From the IMG/VR virus record IMGVR_UViG_3300027973_000050: a stretch of DNA of 20,000 nucleotides. The stretch is one strand, 5' to 3'. Position numbers and translations under genes: made by a program. The notes beneath the pieces are model-generated. The model had not been told where the DNA came from and did not search any database. It was given only the letters and a program-made list of their open reading frames with translations. Each line of letters starts with the position of its first letter. Positions within the stretch are counted from its first letter, which is position 1. Source of the DNA: an uncultured virus (IMG/VR IMGVR_UViG_3300027973_000050). Its lineage: Duplodnaviria > Heunggongvirae > Uroviricota > Caudoviricetes. Positions 1 through 7,012 of this stretch are shown piece after piece.

Positions 1-1368
1 ATTATTGAGATAGGCCAAGTTTTGATCAATAATTTTCTTACGAATAAAACTGTCCTTGCTGGTCAATAATTTAAGTAAAAATTCCTGATGTTCTTTTAGT
101 TTGTTTAGTTGGTTAACACGATCCCAACTAACTTCCTGTATGGCTGTATTGCGTAATTCGTCAATCTGTTCTTGATAAGGGTCTACTTCATCACTGCGTT
201 TGACTAATGCTTCTTCCAAACTGGTCAAATTGTTTTGATGTTTCAATGCCTGTTCTACGGTGTCGTAAAATGTTTCAGGTCGTCCGTTTATATCACCGAT
301 GTCTTTGATTTCTTTTTGAATCTTTTTCAAACTGGCTGAAGTTTTTTTATAATATTCTTTAGCCTCATTGAAGTTTTCCAAGGCAGTCTCAGTCATTTCA
401 CCATGTTTATGATCCAATAACTGTTGTTGACAAGAAGGGCAAGATTTGTCAGCAAGTTGTTCCACTTCTTTCTTGTACTTGTTCACGGACTTTTCAGCCT
501 GACCAACAGCAGTTTCTAATGTGGCTTTTTCCTTGTTGAGACTACGAATCTTAGCCGACAACTCGTCATAACTTTTTAGTAGAGCATGTTGAGCCAGTTC
601 ATGTTCGATGTCAATGTTTTGTAGTTCTAAAATCTTTTCAGCAACTTTTTCACAATCATCTTTCTGTTGTTTACACCATGCTCGTTGCTTGGTCGTTAGC
701 CCTGTAATGCTTTGTTCAATACGATCATTACTCTTTTTAGTAGCTTCAATGTTAGCTGACTCTTGATTAATTTCGTCTTTGGTTAGTCTAACTTGTTCCT
801 TTAAGCTTTCACTTTTTTCACTGAGTAAAGTAACACCAAGTAATTGTTCAATGATCATTCGTTGATCAGCAGATCGCATACTGAGAAATGGTTCAGTATA
901 GGTATTAAGTGCCACAATATGTTTGAACATGTCGTGACTCATACCTAGAAGTGTGTCTAAATCACGTTGAGTTTCTCTGACATCACCTTGACTTTCGTCA
1001 ACATTGTCAGTGTCTTGCTCCTCTCCATTGATAAAAAATCTAAAAATATTAGGTCTACGACCACGTTCTATTTTATAGCTTACACCGTTCTTTTCAAAAT
1101 TCAGTGTGACCAACATGTTCTTATTATTGGTCTTGTTGACTAGGTTATCTTTCTTAATATTAGTAAGAGCCTGACCAAATAAGGCATAACTTAAGGCATT
1201 GACAATGGTGGTTTTGCCTGTGCCATTTCGACTACCACTGTCATCGCCACCTTGATCCAGATTTTCACCTAGAACCAATGTCAGTTGTTCTTTACAAAAA
1301 TCCACAGCCTGAGTTTGATTACCCACGCTCATGAAATTCTTAACAGTTAAATCTTTGATACGAATCAT
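1..1368 (-). CDS. 46: T4 gp46-like / SbcC-Rad50 family recombination ATPase subunit (3' end truncated by window)
   Basis: Not in the ORF track; translated by hand. ATG at 1368-1366 overlaps the upstream TGA (ATGA). It reads MIRIKDLTVKNFMSVGN...LVLGENLDQGGDDSGSRNGTGKTTIVNALSYALFG (Walker A), then a coiled coil with a CPSC zinc hook (441-430). The frame stays open to base 1 (456 codons). It follows the Mre11-like gene. Confidence 0.93.
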   Translation of the reverse strand, partial: MIRIKDLTVKNFMSVGNQTQAVDFCKEQLTLVLGENLDQGGDDSGSRNGTGKTTIVNALSYALFGQALTNIKKDNLVNKTNNKNMLVTLNFEKNGVSYKIERGRRPNIFRFFINGEEQDTDNVDESQGDVRETQRDLDTLLGMSHDMFKHIVALNTYTEPFLSMRSADQRMIIEQLLGVTLLSEKSESLKEQVRLTKDEINQESANIEATKKSNDRIEQSITGLTTKQRAWCKQQKDDCEKVAEKILELQNIDIEHELAQHALLKSYDELSAKIRSLNKEKATLETAVGQAEKSVNKYKKEVEQLADKSCPSCQQQLLDHKHGEMTETALENFNEAKEYYKKTSASLKKIQKEIKDIGDINGRPETFYDTVEQALKHQNNLTSLEEALVKRSDEVDPYQEQIDELRNTAIQEVSWDRVNQLNKLKEHQEFLLKLLTSKDSFIRKKIIDQNLAYLNN

Positions 1369-2378
1369 AAGTTGTTATAGATATCTAGTAAAAGGTTTAC
1401 GTCGTAAGTGTCGCTTTCTACACTGATTAATTGATTCATCACAATCTGATCCACACTTTCAAATGCCTTAATATTAGTGTCGCTGGTCAATTCTACTTCA
1501 CGCTTTTCTGGAATCAAGGTCAATTCTCTGATGTCATAATCCGCTAAGTAAGTTTCTTTGATAAAACTGGCTTCTTCATAGCTGATGTCAATGTCCAATG
1601 TGACTCTAAGATGTTGTTTGGGTTTGATAATCTTGGCGCCGTTGTCAATCAGTTCGCTAAGTTTGACAGTTCTAAATGTGGGTTGATTGGGCCAACTATA
1701 ATATTCTGGCTGCCCTCCCCATTCTAGTACGCACATACCACGATCATCATCCCAAGCATCTGCATAATTGTGTGGGAATGCATTGCCAATATAGATCATG
1801 TTCTTTTGTTGTTGACGTTTGTGGAAGTGTCCACTAAAGCCAAGTTCATAATTTTGAAAGTGTTCTAGTTTAATCTCACCGTGATCTGGCATCTGTACCA
1901 TAGCGTTCATAAAAAAGCTAGGTAATTCAAAGTGACCAAAGATATATTTGCCACCCTTTTTGCCTATGCTTTTCCATTCATCACCTACTAGCCAAGGACA
2001 CATGGTCACATTGCCCACGGTCATGGGTTTGTGTACTATGGTAATTCCTGGAATATACTTGCCAAATTCTACGCTGTGAATATCACGTTTGTCTTTGTAG
2101 TATAAGTCATGATTGCCAGGAAAAAAGTAAAATTGATCAAATGCCTGTCCTAGTTTTTCCAAGGACCTAAGACTATAATCCATGGTAGTAATATTAAGGC
2201 TATTGCGATTATGATGCCAATCGCCCATAAAAATTCCAACATCACAGTCTAGTTTCTTTGCTTTGGTAATGTACCAATCTACAAAATCTTCACAGTCTTG
2301 ATTATGTGTGGCGCTGTTACTTTTAAGTCCAAAGTGTATGTCTGTGAATAGGGCCACACGTTTAAAAAGATTTGTCAT
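1365..2378 (-). CDS. 47: T4 gp47-like / SbcD-Mre11 family metallophosphoesterase nuclease subunit
   Basis: 337 aa with all calcineurin-like phosphoesterase motifs: DIHFG, GDWHH, GNHD, FGHFE and SGHFH. Coupled to the Rad50-like gene. Confidence 0.95.
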   Translation of the reverse strand: MTNLFKRVALFTDIHFGLKSNSATHNQDCEDFVDWYITKAKKLDCDVGIFMGDWHHNRNSLNITTMDYSLRSLEKLGQAFDQFYFFPGNHDLYYKDKRDIHSVEFGKYIPGITIVHKPMTVGNVTMCPWLVGDEWKSIGKKGGKYIFGHFELPSFFMNAMVQMPDHGEIKLEHFQNYELGFSGHFHKRQQQKNMIYIGNAFPHNYADAWDDDRGMCVLEWGGQPEYYSWPNQPTFRTVKLSELIDNGAKIIKPKQHLRVTLDIDISYEEASFIKETYLADYDIRELTLIPEKREVELTSDTNIKAFESVDQIVMNQLISVESDTYDVNLLLDIYNNL

Positions 2379-3196
2379 TCTTCCTCACGTTCATGTCTAC
2401 GTAGTCCTGCTGAATATTCAGCATTACTGGTTCTAGTATAACTGGGAGCCATGTCATTCATTTCTAAAATATCGTCTCGAATATTTTGATTTTTCTTTTC
2501 AATGTTAATAATGCGTACAAAACTGTTGGTCACTGCGGCGGTAAAGTATGCAAAGGGATTATTACTTTTTGACTCATTAAATTGCAAGCCAATTTGAGTT
2601 AATTGCAGTATGGCCTGTGCTCGCATTTCATCATTATAGGTATATCCTCTGACATTGCCTCGGGTAGCATAGCGTTCACACAGTTTGATATACATACGGG
2701 CAAGGTTATTTGAAATCTGTCCGTGATCTTTACTGAATCGACCTTTGTCTAATGGGCCTTTCCAATGACTTTTGCCCACACAAATTAGTTCGTCATTTTC
2801 GTCAAACTTCCAATGTTGGAATGGAGGAAAGTTTACTTTGTCTCTGCCGTCAGCTTCAGTTTTTTGACTTTTCTTACGTGTTTTATTTACGGGAATATGT
2901 TCATAAGTCATAATCCTAAACACCAAATCAATCTTTGGAATTTTTTTATAATCAATTTCGCAGTCGGCCATTTTGATTTTTTCGCCTGAGGCTTTTCTTC
3001 TTGAGTAGTTTTCGTCACCAATACGTTTGGCACGATTGCGTTTGGCTTCGGCTGTGGTTCTAATATTAATTTTCTCCAAGCTGGGAAGAATAATATCATA
3101 CTGATGATATTCTGGACTAGCGTATACGCTATAGGAATTTTTACTTCTGTGAATTTCCTCTAAGAGATCACGATTATTGAGATAGTTTACGGTCAT
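2375..3196 (-). CDS. 55: T4 gp55-like late-transcription sigma factor
   Basis: 273 aa. N-terminal NYLNNRDLL and C-terminal GYTYNDEM...FNESKSNNPFAYFT...SFVRIINIEKK match gp55-family motifs. The 55-47-46 order is as in T4-like phages. An AGGA RBS (3207-3204) lies 7 nt before the ATG. Confidence 0.88.
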   Translation of the reverse strand: MTVNYLNNRDLLEEIHRSKNSYSVYASPEYHQYDIILPSLEKINIRTTAEAKRNRAKRIGDENYSRRKASGEKIKMADCEIDYKKIPKIDLVFRIMTYEHIPVNKTRKKSQKTEADGRDKVNFPPFQHWKFDENDELICVGKSHWKGPLDKGRFSKDHGQISNNLARMYIKLCERYATRGNVRGYTYNDEMRAQAILQLTQIGLQFNESKSNNPFAYFTAAVTNSFVRIINIEKKNQNIRDDILEMNDMAPSYTRTSNAEYSAGLRRHEREEE

Positions 3197-3214
3197 CAGT
3201 TAGTCCTATGATAG

Positions 3215-3241
3215 GTATATTATAATATACGTATATTATAA
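3215..3241. repeat. Two overlapping perfect palindromes in the divergent promoter region
   Basis: TTATAATATACGTATATTATAA (3220-3241, 22 bp) and GTATATTATAATATAC (3215-3230, 16 bp) are each self-complementary. GTATATTATAA is directly repeated at 3215-3225 and 3231-3241. Confidence 0.9.
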
Positions 3242-3247
3242 AGTCAA
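3219..3247 (-). promoter_or_regulatory. Sigma70-type (early/host RNAP) promoter for the 55-47-46 operon
   Basis: The minus strand reads TTGACT (3247-3242), a 17-nt spacer, then TATAAT (3224-3219): 5/6 match at -35, perfect -10, optimal spacing, just upstream of the gp55 RBS. Confidence 0.8.
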
Positions 3248-3254
3248 ATAAATA
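3247..3254 (+). promoter_or_regulatory. Putative gp55-dependent late promoter (AATAAATA; 7/8 match to T4 TATAAATA)
   Basis: It lies 6 nt before an AAGGAG RBS (3261-3266) and the first structural gene. It shares the ATAAATAT core and short-leader layout with the site at 9219. Confidence 0.65.
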
Positions 3255-3274
3255 TTAGCCAAGGAGCAGTGGTT

Positions 3275-4294
3275 ATGTCTTTCGATCCAATCAGTAGTGC
3301 AAAAAGCGCATTTGGTAATATAGCTGCCGGAGCTAACGCCATTTCTAATCTGGGATCTGCAATATCTTCAGGCAACCCTAGTAAAGTACTTAGCGCAATT
3401 CGCAGCGTCAATCTTCCAAAAGGTGGCCAATCTGGTGGTTCTGCAAGTGCTAACGCTACATTTGTCACTGACACCAGTACAGATTGGAGAGCTAAACTGA
3501 CTCTTCCTGGTATTGATAAAATAAATGAAGTTTTTAGGAAAGGACAAATATTGGATCCCATAAGGGAAGCCGGCGGGTTGATATTCCCATATACTCCTAC
3601 AATTACTATTAGTCACAACGTCACTTATGGGGAGCAGGCTCTAACGCATCAAAATTATCAATTTATTGCCTATCAAAATAGCAAAGTCAGTGATATAACC
3701 ATAAATGGAGATTTCTATGTGCAAGATTGGAGTGAAGCTCAATATTGGATTTCTGCTGTACATTTTTTAAGAAGTGTTACTAAAATGTATGCTGGGGACA
3801 ATGCTTATGTGGGTAATCCGCCTCCCATATTAAAATTCAGTGCATATGGCGATTATGTTTTTAAAAATGTACCAGTTGTAGTCAAAAGTTTCAATGTGAC
3901 ATTGCCCAAAGAGGTTGATTATATCAGTGTAGATATAATGAAATTAGGTCCTGGTAATCCAGAATATACTGGTGCAAAAGGATCATCTGGAGGCGGGTCA
4001 AAAACAGATAAAATCGGAGCAAATGCTAGATTATTATCTGGAGTAGCCAGTGCTGTCGGTGCCACAACTGTCGGGCAAGTACTAAATTTTCTATCTAATG
4101 GAGCCAAAGTGGCAAAAGGTGTTAGTGAAGGCGGCAAAACAGTAACTAAAGAACTGGCAGTTGCACCATCACATGTGCCCACACAAAGCCAATTTAGTGT
4201 GGTGGTCACGCCAGTATACAGTAGAACGCAAGTACGTCTATTTAATTTAGAAGAATTTGTCAAAGGCGGATATAAAGGACAAAGTTACCTATAA
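3275..4294 (+). CDS. Baseplate tail-tube initiator/cap protein (T4 gp48/gp54-like)
   Basis: Tube-fold-like core IFPYTPTITISHNVTY...AYQNSKVSDITINGDF...GNPPPILKFSAYGDYVFKNVPVVVKSFNVTLP; first gene of the baseplate cluster. I prefer ATG 3275 (8 nt after AAGGAG) over the track's GTG 3269 (2 nt after the RBS). Confidence 0.65.
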   Translation: MSFDPISSAKSAFGNIAAGANAISNLGSAISSGNPSKVLSAIRSVNLPKGGQSGGSASANATFVTDTSTDWRAKLTLPGIDKINEVFRKGQILDPIREAGGLIFPYTPTITISHNVTYGEQALTHQNYQFIAYQNSKVSDITINGDFYVQDWSEAQYWISAVHFLRSVTKMYAGDNAYVGNPPPILKFSAYGDYVFKNVPVVVKSFNVTLPKEVDYISVDIMKLGPGNPEYTGAKGSSGGGSKTDKIGANARLLSGVASAVGATTVGQVLNFLSNGAKVAKGVSEGGKTVTKELAVAPSHVPTQSQFSVVVTPVYSRTQVRLFNLEEFVKGGYKGQSYL

Positions 4295-4599
4295 TGAATG
4301 TAACAGCATATAATTCAAATAGCCCTTGGTATAATACAGAAATAACCAGAGAGTATCTAGGCATATTAACTATTAGACCAGTTAGTGCTGAGCTTGATGA
4401 TTATCTTTATACATTGGAGAGTCAATATGCCTATAGACCAGATCTATTAAGCTTTGACCTATATCAAACACCAAATCTTTGGTGGGTGTTTATGCAGCGT
4501 AATTTAGATGTTATTCAGGATCCCATATTTGATTTTGTTCCAGGAGTTCAATTTTACATACCCAAAGCCAATAGTTTATTTAAAGTTTTAGGAGGTTAA
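4294..4599 (+). CDS. Baseplate wedge protein, T4 gp53-like / LysM-like (tail X type)
   Basis: 101 aa with YRPDLLSFDLYQTPNLWWVF..RN...DPIFDFVPG...IP, the gp53/LysM-like pattern. TAATG overlap with the upstream gene. Confidence 0.75.
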   Translation: MNVTAYNSNSPWYNTEITREYLGILTIRPVSAELDDYLYTLESQYAYRPDLLSFDLYQTPNLWWVFMQRNLDVIQDPIFDFVPGVQFYIPKANSLFKVLGG

Positions 4600-4600
4600 T

Positions 4601-7009
4601 ATGGGATTTAGTTTGCCTAATATTGCCAGTGCCACTGATGCTGCCAAAAATTTTGTCACTAAAAAATTAGAAAACATTAATCTAGTTGGGAATGGGCTAG
4701 TTAAGAATGTTTCTGGTGCATTGGGTCAGTTACAAAATAAAGTTCCAGGGCTGTCGGGGTCTTCAGGAGCCACATCTAAACCTGTGCCTGGTAAAGTTGT
4801 TACTGAAATTGACAATAAAAAAAATATAGATATAAATGGCGAATTATTATCTGGCAGGGATTTGGCCTATATTGAAAGAAAACTCGGTGAACCATTCCCC
4901 AATGAACTTGGTGATTTTGATAGTTATAATTGCATTTTTACCTTAAGCGTTCTTAATGGTAATTCTATAAACTTTCCTGATGAAACTTATAGAAAAGATA
5001 TTCTTGGACCTATCATAGTAAAAAGTGGTGGCACAGGAGATATAAAAGATCCAGATGCTATACAATTAAATAACTTTAAAAGCAAAGCAAATGAGTCTGG
5101 TAGATATGATGCTTTTATAGACAATATAAAAATAAGTGGACTCATAGGATTCAATAAAGCCACAGGAAATACTAACTCTTCATCTATAACTTTTCAAATT
5201 ACAGAACCTTATAGTGTAGGATTATTCTTTCAAGCAGTCCAAGTTGCAGCATTTCAAGCTGGATATATGAATTGGTTACAAATGCCCATGCTTTTAAGTA
5301 TAGAATTTAAAGGCCATCTAACAGCAAATCAACAAAATTTTAGAGCAAAATTATCTAGAAAGCATATTCCTCTCAAAATGAGTGCAATTGAAATGCGTGT
5401 CAGTGGGCAAGGCACTGTGTATGATTGCTCGGCAATACCATGGAATGAAGCAACATTTAGTATTGATAATAATAGAGTGTCAACTACTGTGGCCATAGAA
5501 GGTGGTACGGTACAGGAAATGTTACAAACTGGCACAGATGAAAACAGACTAAGTTTACAATATGTTCTTAATCAGAGACTTAAAGAGATTGCTGACAAGG
5601 CAGGAATTGACTCAGATAGGATACTAATATTATTCCCTACGGATTTGCAAACAGGTAAAAATGACACCAATAGTGATAATTCAAGACTTCCAGGAGCAAC
5701 CAAATCACCATCATCAACAAATAAAGACACTGACAAACTTATTTTTGAAAAATTAGGTGTTGAATTGGATTATGATAACCTAATTCAACCAATAGCAAAT
5801 CCTATTGGTCAAAGCCCAATGGGTTTTGAAAAGGATGTAAAAAGACTAGAGGCAATTTTTGGCAGAGAGGATGCTATCTATGATGAAAAAACTGGCACAT
5901 GGACCAGAGGTGACATGCAAATTTCAAAAACTAAGGGCATAGCAAAATTTTCACAGGGAATAAGTGTTACTGATGCCATTAACGAAGTAATATTGGCCAG
6001 TGACTATGGTAGAAGAGCATTAGACAAGAACAATATTGATAAAGATCATAAAGTAACTTGGTGGAAAATTGAAACTCAATTTTATATATTATCAACATCT
6101 AAAAAATTAAAAGGCAATCAACGCAACCCCACATTGAGTGTTTTTAGAGTGATACCCTATAAAATTGATTATACCAACTTTGTTTCAGGAAGTCAAACAG
6201 CTAAAAAAGTTGAAGAAAAAAAGAAGAATGTTGTTAAAAAATACGAATATCTTTACACTGGAAAAAATATTGATATATTAGATTTTAGTATTGAATTTAA
6301 AACAAGTTTTTATCAAGCACTCAATGCTGACAGTGGTAAGAACAACGAATCAGTTCAACAAAATTTAGCAGAAGAAGAAAAAGAGCAAAGTGGAAAAGAT
6401 GTTGGTGTTGAAACCAGTGGAGCCAATGTTACAGGAGCAGGTAATTCAGATGCCGATCAAACGAATTATACCCCTGGAAAAGCTCAAACTAAAGTTATTA
6501 CAAAATATTCTGAAACATCAATGAACGCCAAAAGAGGAGGCGTCACTGCTGGTGAAGATGCCAGCACAATTGCTGCTAGACAATTCAACAAGGCCTTAAA
6601 TGATGGTGGTGACATGATAAACCTTAATATGAAAATACTAGGTGATCCATTTTATATAGCTGACAGCGGCATAGGCAATTATACAGCAAAATCGACAAAT
6701 ATTCCTGAAATGAATTCAGATGGAGCCTTAAACACTCAAGACGGCGAAGTATATGTGGTAGTTAATTTTAGAAATCCTATTGATCTAGATCCCGATAACG
6801 GATTATATGATTTTGGTGAGAAGGGACGATTAGTTCCTGAGTTCAGTGGGCTATACAGGATATTTCAATTTGAAAGTATCTTTGAAAAAAATATTTTTAC
6901 ACAGCAATTAAAATTGGTTAGAATGATGAATCAAGATTTCAAACCTACAGAATCAACAGAAAAAGCTCCTGCAAAATCTGCATTTAGTCCTTCTAAAAAG
7001 GATGGTTAA
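4601..7009 (+). CDS. Putative baseplate hub protein (gp27/gpD-like), enlarged
   Basis: 802 aa; AGGAGG RBS at 4590-4595. Contains ITFQITEPYS near the N-terminus and LNMKILGDP...FSGLYRIFQFESIFEKNIFTQQLKLVR at the C-terminus, typical of hub proteins. It lies between the gp53-like and gp5-like genes. Confidence 0.6.
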   Translation: MGFSLPNIASATDAAKNFVTKKLENINLVGNGLVKNVSGALGQLQNKVPGLSGSSGATSKPVPGKVVTEIDNKKNIDINGELLSGRDLAYIERKLGEPFPNELGDFDSYNCIFTLSVLNGNSINFPDETYRKDILGPIIVKSGGTGDIKDPDAIQLNNFKSKANESGRYDAFIDNIKISGLIGFNKATGNTNSSSITFQITEPYSVGLFFQAVQVAAFQAGYMNWLQMPMLLSIEFKGHLTANQQNFRAKLSRKHIPLKMSAIEMRVSGQGTVYDCSAIPWNEATFSIDNNRVSTTVAIEGGTVQEMLQTGTDENRLSLQYVLNQRLKEIADKAGIDSDRILILFPTDLQTGKNDTNSDNSRLPGATKSPSSTNKDTDKLIFEKLGVELDYDNLIQPIANPIGQSPMGFEKDVKRLEAIFGREDAIYDEKTGTWTRGDMQISKTKGIAKFSQGISVTDAINEVILASDYGRRALDKNNIDKDHKVTWWKIETQFYILSTSKKLKGNQRNPTLSVFRVIPYKIDYTNFVSGSQTAKKVEEKKKNVVKKYEYLYTGKNIDILDFSIEFKTSFYQALNADSGKNNESVQQNLAEEEKEQSGKDVGVETSGANVTGAGNSDADQTNYTPGKAQTKVITKYSETSMNAKRGGVTAGEDASTIAARQFNKALNDGGDMINLNMKILGDPFYIADSGIGNYTAKSTNIPEMNSDGALNTQDGEVYVVVNFRNPIDLDPDNGLYDFGEKGRLVPEFSGLYRIFQFESIFEKNIFTQQLKLVRMMNQDFKPTESTEKAPAKSAFSPSKKDG

Positions 7010-7012
7010 AAC

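Noticed and set aside
2908..3099. 63-aa minus-strand ORF in another frame inside gp55
   Set aside because: It is fully nested in a well-supported gene and has no recognisable motif or RBS, so it is probably a chance frame.
2720..3136. Intein or intron as the explanation for the gp55 insertion
   Set aside because: There is no C-terminal HN/HQ followed by C/S/T, no LAGLIDADG or HNH motif, and the frame is uninterrupted.
3205..3215. CCTAT-G-ATAGG mini inverted repeat over the gp55 RBS as a translational control hairpin
   Set aside because: The stem would be only 4 bp with a viable loop, and the predicted start site (near 3212) would cut off one arm.
3244..4263. Antisense ORFs 3244-3561, 3368-3616 and 3919-4263
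   Set aside because: They are shadows of Gly/Ala/Ser-rich parts of the plus-strand gene, which lack antisense stops; no independent signals.
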